A stretch of DNA of 64,000 nucleotides, from assembly GCA_902761715.1 (NCBI GenBank), contig CACWLK010000004.1, forward strand, positions 17,122 to 81,121, in the 5' to 3' direction. Below the pieces are notes generated by a model that ran no database searches, was not told where the DNA came from, and saw only the letters and a program-made list of their open reading frames with translations. The position numbers and the translations under genes are program-made. Shown here piece by piece: positions 40,841 through 51,053 of the stretch. The DNA comes from an uncultured Rhodospirillales bacterium (GTDB lineage Bacteria; Pseudomonadota; Alphaproteobacteria; RF32; CAG-239). Each line of letters starts with the position of its first letter. Positions within the stretch are counted from its first letter, which is position 1.

Positions 40841-40864
40841 GACTAAACAAAATATCGCTAAAAA

Positions 40865-41251
40865 TTATTCTGCGTCTTTAGCTTTTGCGGATGCTGACAA
40901 ATCGTCGGCAATACGAGCCGAACGACCGCGCAAAGCACGCAAGAAATACAATTTTGCACGACGAACTTTACCGATACGAGAAACTTCGATCTTTGCAATA
41001 TTCGGAGAATACAGCGGAAATACACGCTCTACACCCTCACCGAAAGAGATCTTGCGAACGGTAAATGAAGAATTCAAACCATCATTTTTGCGAGCAATAC
41101 AAACGCCTTCATAAACCTGAATACGCTCTCTATCACCTTCTTTAACTTTGGTGTGAACTTTCAGAGTATCGCCGGCCTTAAACTCAGGAAAATTCTTTCC
41201 TTCGCTGAGCTTTGCGATTTGCTCTTTTTCAACTTCTTTCAAAATGTTCAT
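40865..41251 (-). CDS. rplS: 50S ribosomal protein L19
   Basis: 128 aa. [33 protein letters not shown]. Confidence 0.95.
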   Translation of the reverse strand: MNILKEVEKEQIAKLSEGKNFPEFKAGDTLKVHTKVKEGDRERIQVYEGVCIARKNDGLNSSFTVRKISFGEGVERVFPLYSPNIAKIEVSRIGKVRRAKLYFLRALRGRSARIADDLSASAKAKDAE

Positions 41252-41291
41252 AACTGTTACCTTTTCTTAAAATGTTTGTTATCTTTTATGC

Positions 41292-41984
41292 TTAAACCCT
41301 TTTAGAGTCAAGATATTTTTTCCATAAGTCCGGTCTTCTCTCTTGAGTGGTTTTTATTGCTTGTTCTCTGCGCCAGTCATCAATTTTTTTATGATGTCCT
41401 CCGAGCAACACCTCAGGCACTTTGCGTCCTTCCCATTCGGTCGGTCTTGTATATTGCGGATACTCCAACAGGTTGTCTTCAAAACTTTCTGACAACGTTG
41501 ATTCCGAATTTCCCAACACTCCGGGCAACAAACGTACAACCGCATCAAGCAAAATCTGCGCCGCTTGTTCGCCTCCGGTCAAAACGTAGTCACCGATGCT
41601 CACTTCTTCTATGTTATAAGCTTCAATAACTCTCTCGTCTATTCCCTCAAAGCGCCCGCAAACAATTGCGATTTCTTCTTCTTGTGCCAGTTGTTTGACC
41701 ATATCTTGAGTAAGCGGTTTCCCTTTCGGGCTCATAGCCAAAATTCTCCCTTTGGAATAATTAGCTTTGATAGCCGCCCCCAAAATATCCGGTCGCATAA
41801 CCATTCCGGCTCCGCCACCGCAAGGAGTATCATCAACCGAACCGTGCTTATCTGTTGCATAGTCCCTGATATTTACTGTCTCAATCGTCCAAACTCCCTC
41901 ATCAAGAGCCTTTCCGGTCAACGAATACCCTAAAAAGCCCGGAAAAATCTCCGGAAAGATGGTAAAGATTTTAGCCTTCAGCAC
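41292..41984 (-). CDS. trmD: tRNA (guanine37-N1)-methyltransferase TrmD
   Basis: IFTIFPEIFPG, CGRFEGIDERV and LTGGE motifs. The start is ambiguous: GTG at 41984 has GGAG 6 nt upstream, ATGs lie at 41996 and 41999, and a TTG lies at 42008. Confidence 0.9.
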   Translation of the reverse strand: MLKAKIFTIFPEIFPGFLGYSLTGKALDEGVWTIETVNIRDYATDKHGSVDDTPCGGGAGMVMRPDILGAAIKANYSKGRILAMSPKGKPLTQDMVKQLAQEEEIAIVCGRFEGIDERVIEAYNIEEVSIGDYVLTGGEQAAQILLDAVVRLLPGVLGNSESTLSESFEDNLLEYPQYTRPTEWEGRKVPEVLLGGHHKKIDDWRREQAIKTTQERRPDLWKKYLDSKRV

Positions 41985-42516
41985 CTTCTTCTCCATCATC
42001 GGGTTCAAACTGCATTGAAACAGAATTTACAATAATATAACCATCTTTGATATTGACCGTCGGCACATACGCATGGTTAAACGGAATCATTTCGAGCTTT
42101 CCGCTCTGTTTAACTTTGATTTCCAGAATATCGCCCGCACCAAAGTTATAAATTCCGACAATCTTGCCTGCCACATTACCCGAAGCAGCTTCGCGAACAT
42201 CTAGACCGATTAAATCTGCCTGGTAAAACTCTTCGCTATTGGTAAGAGGTGGAAGCACGTCACGATCGGCAAACAATTGAGTACCGATAAACGTCTGTGC
42301 AAGATTTCTGTCATCGACTCCCTTAATTTTAACCCGCAGCAATTCTTTCGAATGACCGACAACTTTTATTTCCAGAGATCGCCCGTTTTGGTCCGTCAGC
42401 ACGCCGTATTTATCGATGTTTTTATCTTGTTCGGTAAAACTCTTTACTTTTACCTCACCTCTGATTCCGTGAACACCGACAATGGCACCCAGACAAATTT
42501 TAGAACGATCCTGCAT
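41971..42516 (-). CDS. rimM: Ribosome maturation factor RimM
   Basis: 181 aa. LGAIVGVHGIRGEVKVKSFT with a PRC barrel at the C-terminus. The gene order rpsP-rimM-trmD-rplS supports the call. Confidence 0.88.
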   Translation of the reverse strand: MQDRSKICLGAIVGVHGIRGEVKVKSFTEQDKNIDKYGVLTDQNGRSLEIKVVGHSKELLRVKIKGVDDRNLAQTFIGTQLFADRDVLPPLTNSEEFYQADLIGLDVREAASGNVAGKIVGIYNFGAGDILEIKVKQSGKLEMIPFNHAYVPTVNIKDGYIIVNSVSMQFEPDDGEEGAEG

Positions 42517-42537
42517 CTGAAAAACCTTTCAGTTTAA

Positions 42538-42924
42538 TTATTCTGCACTACCTTCGCTGGCTGCAGATGCAGCTTCGGCAGCAGCCTTAGCAGCTTCTTC
42601 TTTAGCTTTCATTCTCTCAACAGCTTTTGCTTTAGGAGCAGACTTTTTCGGCTGTTCACGCATAGCCGGAGCTTTGGTCAAACCGAGGTTAGAGAACAAC
42701 TTAGCCAATCTTTCTGTCGGCAAAGCACCGATACCCAACCAATATTTTACTCTCTCGGCATTAACAACCAATCTTTGCTCATGATCTTGAGGCAACAACG
42801 GATTGTATGTTCCGAGTTTTTCAATAAATCTACCATCGCGGGGAGCTCTTGAATCAGCTGCCACAATACGATAGAACGGGCGTTTTTTAGAACCACCGCG
42901 AGATAATCTGATACGAACTGCCAT
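42538..42924 (-). CDS. rpsP: 30S ribosomal protein S16 (with Ala/Lys-rich C-terminal tail)
   Basis: [42 protein letters not shown]. Confidence 0.95.
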   Translation of the reverse strand: MAVRIRLSRGGSKKRPFYRIVAADSRAPRDGRFIEKLGTYNPLLPQDHEQRLVVNAERVKYWLGIGALPTERLAKLFSNLGLTKAPAMREQPKKSAPKAKAVERMKAKEEAAKAAAEAASAASEGSAE

Positions 42925-42975
42925 TTTATATTCCTTTCTAAATTAAATTAAAAAAACGACTTCCGCCCTAATGGC

Positions 42976-44352
42976 TTAAAACGGAAACCTGTTACCCATT
43001 CCGCCGGGCAATTTACCCATCGGAAAATTTTTCATCATCGACATCATGCTGCCCAAGCCGCCTTTGCCGAATTTTTTCATCATATCGGCCATCTGCTCAT
43101 ATTGTTTTAAGAGCTTATTGACCTCATGAACTTCCACACCTGCACCGGCTGCGATTCTCTTTTTACGTGAGGCTTTTATCACATCCGGTGATTTTCTTTC
43201 CAACTTTGTCATTGAAAGAATAATTGCCTCTTGCTTTTTGATAAGATTATCGCCGATACCGGCACTTTCTATTTGATTTTTAAACTTAGACAACCCCGGG
43301 ATCATTGACATTATTCCCCCTAAACTGCCCAGTTTTTGAATTTGCCTCAACTGACTTAACAAATCATCAAGATCAAATTTACCCTTCATCATTTGTTGTG
43401 CCATTTTATCGGCTTCTTCACGATCAATTTTTTCAATTGCGTTTTCAACCAAACTGACTACGTCGCCCTGCCCGAGGATACGTCCGGCAATACGGTCGGG
43501 ATGGAACTCTTCAAACTCATCAATTTTTTCGCCTGTTCCCAAAAACTTGACCGGCACTTGCGCCACCATACGCATCGACAATGCAGCACCCGCACGGGAA
43601 GAACCGTCAATTCTGGTCAGAACGATACCCGTAACTCCGAGTCTTTCATTAAACTCCTTCGCCACATTGCAGGCATCTTGCCCCATCATGGCGTCAGCTA
43701 CCAGCAAAATTTCAGCCGGATTGGCAATTTTTTTAACCTCAACCAGTTCATTCATCAGTTCATTATCAATATGCAAACGCCCCGCTGAGTCCAAAATCAG
43801 CACATCATATCCGCCTTTTTTGGCAACATCTAATGCACGTTTGGTGATATCGCAAGGTTTTTGCCCTTCAACAATCGGCAAAGAACTTCCGCCGATTTGC
43901 TCTGCCAACTGAGCCAACTGTTCCTGCGCTGCCGGACGATAAACGTCTAACGACGCCAAAAGAACTTTGCGCTTTTTACCCAGCATCTTAGCTAGTTTTG
44001 CTGAAGTAGTGGTTTTTCCCGAACCTTGTAAACCGACCATCAAAATAACTGCCGGCGGCACCACATTAAAGTTCAGTGCACTTTCATCAGAGCCCAAAAC
44101 TTTGACCAACTCATCATGAACAATTTTAACCACCATTTGCCCCGGCTGAATTGAGCGAATAACTTTTTCACCCAACGCCTGTTCTTTAACTTTGGCGATA
44201 AACTCTTTGACCACCGGAAGCGCAACATCTGCTTCCAGCAATGCAATGCGAATTTCACGCATAGCCTCATCGATGTCCTTTTCATTCAAGACACCTCTTG
44301 AGGTTATTTTGGCGAACACGCTGCCCAGTTTATCTGTCAAATTTTCGAACAT
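42976..44352 (-). CDS. ffh: Signal recognition particle protein Ffh
   Basis: 458 aa. GLQGSGKTTT, DVYRPAA, DSAGRL and a Met-rich M domain. Confidence 0.96.
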   Translation of the reverse strand: MFENLTDKLGSVFAKITSRGVLNEKDIDEAMREIRIALLEADVALPVVKEFIAKVKEQALGEKVIRSIQPGQMVVKIVHDELVKVLGSDESALNFNVVPPAVILMVGLQGSGKTTTSAKLAKMLGKKRKVLLASLDVYRPAAQEQLAQLAEQIGGSSLPIVEGQKPCDITKRALDVAKKGGYDVLILDSAGRLHIDNELMNELVEVKKIANPAEILLVADAMMGQDACNVAKEFNERLGVTGIVLTRIDGSSRAGAALSMRMVAQVPVKFLGTGEKIDEFEEFHPDRIAGRILGQGDVVSLVENAIEKIDREEADKMAQQMMKGKFDLDDLLSQLRQIQKLGSLGGIMSMIPGLSKFKNQIESAGIGDNLIKKQEAIILSMTKLERKSPDVIKASRKKRIAAGAGVEVHEVNKLLKQYEQMADMMKKFGKGGLGSMMSMMKNFPMGKLPGGMGNRFPF

Positions 44353-44465
44353 ACAAACCTATACAAACTATTGCACGCCAGTGTGCGAACCCTCGCTGAC
44401 TGGCGGCACTCCGTAGAGTGGTTAAAAACAAAAACTCACAATGAAAAATCATTGAAACTGCGCTC

Positions 44466-44493
44466 AACATAACAGATTAATCATCAGAGTCAA
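44466..44493 (-). promoter_or_regulatory. Candidate sigma70 promoter for ffh (TTGACT-16 nt-TATGTT)
   Basis: The minus strand reads TTGACT-CTGATGATTAATCTGT-TATGTT. It lies about 110 nt upstream of the ffh ATG. Confidence 0.4.
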
Positions 44494-44508
44494 GCAAAAA
44501 AACTTAGC

Positions 44509-45735
44509 TTACTTTGTAAAATTTTTATACCTCAAACACGCTTCCGTAACTTTTTCGGATATAAGTCCGTTTACTGACGGCAACGTTTTAAACTTTGGTA
44601 TTGCAACACTGTTTTGCTTTAAAAAATCGTCAAAATCACCCGCATACCCGCCGCTTATAAGAGCCTCGGCAAGTCGATAACAATCCGGACGTTTTCGTTT
44701 TTTTATTTTCACATCACGACAAATTAACGTTGGGATTCCGCATGCTGCTGTTTCGCAACTGGCAAATGAATCAAAAGTATGCACGACAAAAACCTTCTTT
44801 TTTCCCAAAATTCCCGGATATATATTGCCGACATCTTCATATTGGCTTGTCAGTTCTTTTTTGTACTTTCCGGCATAAACCCGCCATTCCGGCATTTTTT
44901 TGCCTTTGTTTTCCAGCGGTTTGCCGTTATAAAAATACATTTTTTTGTTTTCCAAACATTTCTCATACAAAAAATCACATACCTCATCGGGTGTCCGCGG
45001 ACCGCTTATAAAAACGACATTACAACCCTTTTCTCTCAAAACCAGAGCTTTATTCCATATTTTTTTGCATACGCCAATATCAAAAACAATGTCGTCATTT
45101 CCTGTTCGTCCTCCTAAGCTGAACACCGCTATCGGGTTATTTCCTTTTATGTTATTTATCGCCTGTTTCAACTTTTGTTGACCGAACTTTTGAGCAATAA
45201 AAACCTTTGTCATGTTATGAATAATGCCTGTTGTCATCAAAAACTTTTCCGGCATTGATTTTACAAATTTTGCCTCTTTAGCTGATAACATATGTTCCGG
45301 CACATTCACCACATCTGCCCACTTATAATTATAGGCACACGCAGTCAGCACCACCGCAACCACCCAACCTTTATGATTTTTGGCATAATACTCTTTTACG
45401 GCGCGACACAGCTCATCTGTATTTTGTCCGGCAAATTTGCCTTCTGATTGATCACACGCCGTTATAAACACTCTCGGCGGCAAAATTCTGTTTGCAAAAT
45501 ACGCATCAAGACATTTAAATACATCTTTATCAAAAAGCTGTTTATTCTTATATCGATTATATCGTAATGAACCGGAACAAACCTTGTTTACAAACATATC
45601 CCACGAAAACGCAAAACTTATTTTTTTATTATTACGATTTTGGCGCACCAACCGAACAACCAGCCCTTTAATCTGATTTCTCTCTCCGGCGTTCGGAGTA
45701 AACATTGCAAAACAAGTGGTCAAAAACTTATACAT
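44509..45735 (-). CDS. ELM1/GT-B-fold-like protein (putative glycosyltransferase-like, function unknown)
   Basis: The blocks VFSLGGRTGN, ISGPRTP and VVHTFDSFASCETAACGIPTL resemble the ELM1 (PF06258-type) pattern as I remember it. The start is placed at MYKFL because GGAG lies 6 nt upstream. Confidence 0.4.
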   Translation of the reverse strand: MYKFLTTCFAMFTPNAGERNQIKGLVVRLVRQNRNNKKISFAFSWDMFVNKVCSGSLRYNRYKNKQLFDKDVFKCLDAYFANRILPPRVFITACDQSEGKFAGQNTDELCRAVKEYYAKNHKGWVVAVVLTACAYNYKWADVVNVPEHMLSAKEAKFVKSMPEKFLMTTGIIHNMTKVFIAQKFGQQKLKQAINNIKGNNPIAVFSLGGRTGNDDIVFDIGVCKKIWNKALVLREKGCNVVFISGPRTPDEVCDFLYEKCLENKKMYFYNGKPLENKGKKMPEWRVYAGKYKKELTSQYEDVGNIYPGILGKKKVFVVHTFDSFASCETAACGIPTLICRDVKIKKRKRPDCYRLAEALISGGYAGDFDDFLKQNSVAIPKFKTLPSVNGLISEKVTEACLRYKNFTK

Positions 45736-45904
45736 AACAAACTCCATTGCACACCATACCAACTCATGGTTAAAAAATAATAAAATTGAGTCCGTGCCTT
45801 CTACACACTGCTTTTATACAATTGTCAAAAACTGACATCCGGCGACACAGACCTCTTGCCACCACCAAACAATGTGATATCATAAAACCCTTAGGAGAAA
45901 AACC

Positions 45905-46225
45905 ATGACTGACACCCAAAAAACAATCTGCCCCTATTGTGGCAGCGACTATATTGATAAAGAGGCATTGTATCTACTTGATGAACCAGAGAATAGTTTA
46001 TCGCCGGAAAGACAGTTGGAATTACTACAATTTATACAAGACAGTGCTAGATTTTATGGTTGCCAGTTCATTATAGCAACTCACTCACCATTTCTTTTAT
46101 CCTTAAAAGATGCTTGGATTTATGACTTTGATACAAATCCTGCAAGAGTAAGACCATGGACAGAACTAAAAAATGTTCGCAATTATTATAACTTTTTCAA
46201 ATCACACGAAAAAGAATTTGAGTAA
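45905..46225 (+). pseudogene. Truncated AAA/ABC-type ATPase remnant (C-terminal part only)
   Basis: 106 aa. It retains Walker B (LYLLDEPENSLSP) and the downstream ATHSP motif, but no Walker A or ABC signature is present upstream. Confidence 0.5.
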
Positions 46226-46235
46226 GGAGAATAAT

Positions 46236-46784
46236 ATGGAAAAGAAATGTCTAAAACCATGGATAGATGAAAATACACGCATTTTAATTGTCGGCACAAT
46301 GCCGGGAGAACAATCTCTCCGGGAACAAATGTATTATGCAAATCCACATAACAAGTTTTGGTCTTATATTGAAAAAATATTAAATCAAGGCCAAAAACTA
46401 GAAAATAAAGACAGAAAACGCTTTTTGCAAAAATATAATATCGGGCTGTGGGATGCTTTATCTGTATGCGAAAGAAAAGGGAGCTTAGATTCAAAAATAA
46501 AAAAAGAGCAATACAATGATTTTTCCAAATTTCAGTCCGTTCAGTACATTTTATTTAATGGCAAAAAGGCACAAAAATACTTTGAAAAACATAATGCAGA
46601 ATATTTAAAAGAACGGTTATTTCGACAACTTCCTTCTACAAGTCCGGCTAATGCCTCAATACCAGACCAAATAAAGCTTGAAGAATGGGAGCACGCCTTA
46701 TTACAATTTATATGTTACGGTAAGAAAAATATCTTTTGCGGAGGTTTACAATCTGGTATCCCGTCATATTATAAAATTAACTAA
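46236..46784 (+). CDS. Uracil-DNA glycosylase superfamily protein, DNA-deoxyinosine (hypoxanthine) glycosylase-like
   Basis: The N-terminus ILIVGTMPGEQSLREQMYYANPHNKFW matches my memory of the TIGR04274-type motif. AAGGAG lies 6 nt upstream of the ATG at 46236. Confidence 0.6.
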   Translation: MEKKCLKPWIDENTRILIVGTMPGEQSLREQMYYANPHNKFWSYIEKILNQGQKLENKDRKRFLQKYNIGLWDALSVCERKGSLDSKIKKEQYNDFSKFQSVQYILFNGKKAQKYFEKHNAEYLKERLFRQLPSTSPANASIPDQIKLEEWEHALLQFICYGKKNIFCGGLQSGIPSYYKIN

Positions 46785-46794
46785 ACACAGAAAA

Positions 46795-46826
46795 TAAAAG
46801 ACCGCTCGAATTGAGCGGTCTTTATT
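46795..46826. terminator. Bidirectional terminator between the glycosylase gene and secA
   Basis: Stem AGACCGCTC/GAGCGGTCT (46799-46807 and 46813-46821) with flanking A-rich and T-rich runs. Confidence 0.7.
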
Positions 46827-46827
46827 C

Positions 46828-49551
46828 TTAAACAGCAATTTTTCCGTGGCAGTGTTTGTACTTCAAACCGCTTCCGCACGGACACGGCTCATTACGCGAA
46901 ACCTTGCCCCACGTGCTTGGATCATTAGGATCAATTTCTGTTTTCACGTATTTGAACGGCACGTTTCTTTCTTGCGGTTCCGGACGATTCCCTCCTAACA
47001 GATTTTGCGGTGTTTCATGCACTTCCTGCATCCTGGTCGGAGCACTGCGCAACTGCAAATCATCAGCATTTTGCGGTTGAATTTGGACACGATATGTAAT
47101 GAAAGTTACACGCTCTCTTAACATATCCAACATATCCGAGAACATATTGAAAGCTTCTTTCTTATATTCATTCAACGGATCTTTTTGCCCGTATGCACGC
47201 AAAACAATTGTGTAGCGCATATAATCCAAACTTGCGATATGCTCTTTCCACAATTGGTCCAAAACCTGCAACAAAATATTTTTTTCTACCAGACGAACAA
47301 TTTCTTCCGGTAAATCCGCATTCTTTTCCTGCAGCATTTTTTCGGTTGCATCAACAATACGTTGCTCAATCACATCGCTATCAATCTCAGCTTCTTTGCT
47401 CCATTCATCAATCGGCAACATAAAACCGGTAATGCGTGCAACTTCCTGTTGCAAATCGGCAACTCTCCACTCATTGGGAGCGGTTCCCGGAACAACATAT
47501 GTTGAAACCACATCGCCCAAATATTCGGCACGCATATCACGAACCGTATCACTGACATCTTCGGCCAGCATCAGTTCGCGACGTTGTTCATAAATAACCT
47601 TACGTTGGTCATTCATCACATTATCATATTTAAGCAGGTTTTTACGAATATCAAAGTTCCGCTCTTCTACTTTTTGTTGAGCTTTTTCAAGAGCTTTACT
47701 AATCCATGGATGAACCAACGGCTCTCCCCTTGGCATTCCCATTTTTGTAAGCATTGCCGACATTCTTTCCGAACCGAAAATACGCATCAAATCATCTTCC
47801 ATAGACAGGAAGAATTTTGAAGTTCCCGGATCCCCCTGACGCCCCGAACGACCGCGCAATTGGTTATCAATACGGCGGCTCTCGTGGCGCTCTGTTCCCA
47901 AAATAAACAAACCGCCGGCAGCAATAACTTTTGCCTTATCTTCTTCGATTTCTTTTTTCAATTTGGCTTTCAGCTCATCAATCTGCTCCTTGGTTTCATC
48001 ACCCTTAAGCATATTTTTCAGGCGCATATCCAAGTTACCGCCGAGTTGAATATCCGTACCACGACCGGCCATATTAGTCGCAATTGTAATTGCTCCCGAA
48101 ACGCCGGCCTGAGCAACGATTGCTGCTTCACGTTCATGGTGTCGGGCATTCAAAACCTCAAACTTAACCTTGCTTTTTTTGCTCAACAAGTCAGCAACCA
48201 ACTCTGATTTTTCGATTGAAGTCGTACCAACCAAAACCGGCTGACCTTTTTCATGACACTCTAAAATTGTTTTAATGATTGCATCATATTTTTCAGCCGC
48301 AGTCATATAAATTTCATCATGCAAATCTTCACGCTTAACCGGACGATTCGTCGGAATTTCAATACATGACAATCCGTAAATATCAACAAACTCCGCTTCT
48401 TCGGTCATAGCCGTACCGGTCATACCTGACAACTTCGGATACAAACGGAAATAATTTTGGAATGTAATTGAAGCCAAAGTCTGGTTTTCTGACTGAATTT
48501 TAACCCCCTCTTTTGCCTCAATGGCTTGATGCAAACCGTCAGAATAACGGCGTCCTTCCATCATACGACCGGTAAATTCGTCAATAATCACAACTTTGCC
48601 GTCTTTTACAATATAGTCGACATCACGTGTCTGCATTTTGTGTGCACGCAAAGCATTGTTGACATGTTGCACCAACGACACATTACCCACATCATACAAA
48701 CCGCCTTCTTTAATCAAGCCGTTTTCCTTAAGCAATTTTTCCACATGCTCCATGCCGCTTTCGGTCAAAACCACACTTTTGGCTTTTTCGTCTTTTTCAT
48801 AATCACTCTCGACCAAACTCGGAATAATACTGTTAACGGCCACATATTTTTCTGAAGAATCTTCAGCCGCACCCGAAATAATCAACGGTGTTCTGGCTTC
48901 ATCAATCAAAATCGAATCCACCTCATCGACAATTGCAAAATTAAACGGTCTTTGAACCATATCGGACAGATTAAACTTCATATTATCACGCAAATAGTCA
49001 AAGCCGAGTTCGTTATTGGTGCCGTATATAATATCGCACGCATAAGCCGCACGACGCTGTTCATCATTTTTCTCGTGCACAATATAATCGACCGTCAACC
49101 CCAAAAAGCGATAAACCTGTCCCATCCATTCGGCATCACGTTTTGCCAAATAGTCATTTACCGTAACAATATGCACACCTTTGCCCGGCAAAGCTTCCAA
49201 ATAAGCTGCCAGCGTTGCCACCAAGGTTTTACCCTCACCGGTTTTCATTTCGGCAATCATACCCTTGTGCAACACAATACCGCCAATCAACTGGACATCG
49301 TAGTGGCGCTGTCCGAGAGTTCTCTTTGCCGCCTCACGCACAACAGCGAAAGCTTCCGGCAACAAGTCATCAAGAGTTTCACCTAGTTTTAAGCGATCAC
49401 GAAACTCCACGGTTTTATTACGCAGTTCCTCATCGCTCAGCGCTTCTGTTGATGGTTCCAACGAATTAATTTTATTTACTAATTTATATTGTTTTTTTAT
49501 AAAACGATCATTGGCACTGCCAAAAAACGCCTTTGCAATTTTACCGATCAT
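46828..49551 (-). CDS. secA: Preprotein translocase ATPase SecA
   Basis: 907 aa. [11 protein letters not shown], a DEAD-like [19 protein letters not shown] and the C-terminal zinc motif [14 protein letters not shown]. Confidence 0.97.
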   Translation of the reverse strand: MIGKIAKAFFGSANDRFIKKQYKLVNKINSLEPSTEALSDEELRNKTVEFRDRLKLGETLDDLLPEAFAVVREAAKRTLGQRHYDVQLIGGIVLHKGMIAEMKTGEGKTLVATLAAYLEALPGKGVHIVTVNDYLAKRDAEWMGQVYRFLGLTVDYIVHEKNDEQRRAAYACDIIYGTNNELGFDYLRDNMKFNLSDMVQRPFNFAIVDEVDSILIDEARTPLIISGAAEDSSEKYVAVNSIIPSLVESDYEKDEKAKSVVLTESGMEHVEKLLKENGLIKEGGLYDVGNVSLVQHVNNALRAHKMQTRDVDYIVKDGKVVIIDEFTGRMMEGRRYSDGLHQAIEAKEGVKIQSENQTLASITFQNYFRLYPKLSGMTGTAMTEEAEFVDIYGLSCIEIPTNRPVKREDLHDEIYMTAAEKYDAIIKTILECHEKGQPVLVGTTSIEKSELVADLLSKKSKVKFEVLNARHHEREAAIVAQAGVSGAITIATNMAGRGTDIQLGGNLDMRLKNMLKGDETKEQIDELKAKLKKEIEEDKAKVIAAGGLFILGTERHESRRIDNQLRGRSGRQGDPGTSKFFLSMEDDLMRIFGSERMSAMLTKMGMPRGEPLVHPWISKALEKAQQKVEERNFDIRKNLLKYDNVMNDQRKVIYEQRRELMLAEDVSDTVRDMRAEYLGDVVSTYVVPGTAPNEWRVADLQQEVARITGFMLPIDEWSKEAEIDSDVIEQRIVDATEKMLQEKNADLPEEIVRLVEKNILLQVLDQLWKEHIASLDYMRYTIVLRAYGQKDPLNEYKKEAFNMFSDMLDMLRERVTFITYRVQIQPQNADDLQLRSAPTRMQEVHETPQNLLGGNRPEPQERNVPFKYVKTEIDPNDPSTWGKVSRNEPCPCGSGLKYKHCHGKIAV

Positions 49552-49720
49552 AGATCCAAATCCACCTTTAAATATTATAAGTCAACCTTACATTTAATGT
49601 TTATAATATATAAAGTCAATAGTTTGCCCCAACTTATAAACCTTACCCGAATATTTTTCTTGGAAAATTTTTATTTTAAGGTATAACTAAACCAGTTTTA
49701 TTTTTTTTGGAGGATGATTA

Positions 49721-50533
49721 ATGAAAACCCAATATATTGCGGCCATTGCTTTGTCGCTCGCTGTTATGTCGCCATTCAACGCCGGAGCTGAAGGCAAAGG
49801 TGGCGTTGCCGGTGTTGTAAACGGCGAAAAAATCACAGTTGCTGAAATCAAAACAATTTATGACAACACCCCGCAAATCCACAATCAGGAAAAATGGGAT
49901 GCTTTCTATGAAAAAGCTTTGAATGCATGGGTAAGCAGCAAAATTGTTCAACAGGCTGCCGACAAATCAGGCGTTAGAAACTCAGAAGAATACAAAAAAC
50001 AATTGCAGGTTGCCGGTAACGATATCGCCAGCAAAATCTTTATCAGACAAGAGCTCGACAAGAAAATTACCGAAAATGACCTCAAAAATCTCTACAATCA
50101 ATACAAAACCAATTTTGTTTCCGAAAAAGAAATGAAAGCTCGTCACATTTTGGTTGAAAATGAGACCATTGCCAATGACATCATCGAGCGCATTAAAAAA
50201 GGCGAAAAATTCGATGATTTGGCCCGCAAATATTCTAAAGAAAAGAAAATTGATCTCGGTTACTTTACCAAAGACATGATGGTTCCTGACTTTGGAAATG
50301 CCGCTTTTTCAATGAAAAGAGGTCAGTTCTCTCAAAAACCGATTAAGACACAATTTGGCTACCATATCATTATGGTTGATGATGTTCGTGACAGCAAACC
50401 GTTGTCTTACAAAGACGCTGAAAACCAAATGAAAGGCATTTTGGCTCGTGATGCTCTCAAAGGTGTTATGACTGACATTGCTAAAAATGCCCAAGTTGAA
50501 AAATATTCTCTCGACGGCAAAGTTATTAAATAG
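49721..50533 (+). CDS. Periplasmic parvulin-type peptidyl-prolyl cis-trans isomerase (SurA/PpiC family)
   Basis: Signal peptide MKTQYIAAIALSLAVMSPFNAGA and parvulin domain ARHILV...FGYHIIMV. Confidence 0.82.
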   Translation: MKTQYIAAIALSLAVMSPFNAGAEGKGGVAGVVNGEKITVAEIKTIYDNTPQIHNQEKWDAFYEKALNAWVSSKIVQQAADKSGVRNSEEYKKQLQVAGNDIASKIFIRQELDKKITENDLKNLYNQYKTNFVSEKEMKARHILVENETIANDIIERIKKGEKFDDLARKYSKEKKIDLGYFTKDMMVPDFGNAAFSMKRGQFSQKPIKTQFGYHIIMVDDVRDSKPLSYKDAENQMKGILARDALKGVMTDIAKNAQVEKYSLDGKVIK

Positions 50534-50552
50534 TCAAAAGAGATACCAAATT

Positions 50553-50585
50553 AAAAATCCCTCCTTTTCGGAGGGATTTTTTTAT
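50553..50585. terminator. Bidirectional rho-independent terminator
   Basis: Stem AAATCCCTCC/GGAGGGATTT (50556-50565 and 50571-50580) with T7 downstream and an A-run upstream. Confidence 0.8.
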
Positions 50586-50941
50586 TTTATTTCCGACAAT
50601 TTATTCATCACAATCTCACGGCGTTCGGGAGGATTGCCTTCTGCTTCGGCATATTCACGCATAATTTTTACAATCTGACTTTTATATCTTCCCGAATTAT
50701 TGGCAATTTTAACTAAATCATAAACTGCCATATTAAAAATTTGGTGATAAGGGGACACCATCTGTTCGGCAATTTTTACATATGTCGGTGTGCAATCCCC
50801 GTTTTTCTTAGCGGTTCTTGCCTCAAAAATCATTCGTTGTAACCTTTTGGCCGATGTTTCATTCATCGTAATCTTATGATGTCTGAACACTTTTCCGGTT
50901 TTTGCCACAATCGACGTCAGTTTCTGAACTATTTTTGCCAT
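50582..50941 (-). CDS. Hypothetical protein (119 aa)
   Basis: The start is placed at MAKIVQK because GGAGGTGG lies upstream. The longer ORF-track version would run into the divergent gene. I recognise no motif. Confidence 0.5.
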   Translation of the reverse strand: MAKIVQKLTSIVAKTGKVFRHHKITMNETSAKRLQRMIFEARTAKKNGDCTPTYVKIAEQMVSPYHQIFNMAVYDLVKIANNSGRYKSQIVKIMREYAEAEGNPPERREIVMNKLSEIK

Positions 50942-51053
50942 AATCCACCTCCACAACTTTAACATAACCACAAAAAATAAAAAATAGATTAAAAAGCCTT
51001 GAATTTTACTTTTATTTTCATAGTATGAAATACACATATTTTGGGGAGCCACT

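Noticed and set aside
40803-41114. Plus-strand ORF of 103 aa spanning the S10 leader and the rplS antisense.
   Set aside because: It overlaps the rplS terminator and the antisense of the rplS coding sequence. It has no RBS and low-complexity basic composition.
42538-42700. Ala/Lys-rich C-terminal extension of S16.
   Set aside because: As far as I recall, extended S16 C-termini are usual in Alphaproteobacteria, so this is not distinctive here, unlike the much longer L17 tail.
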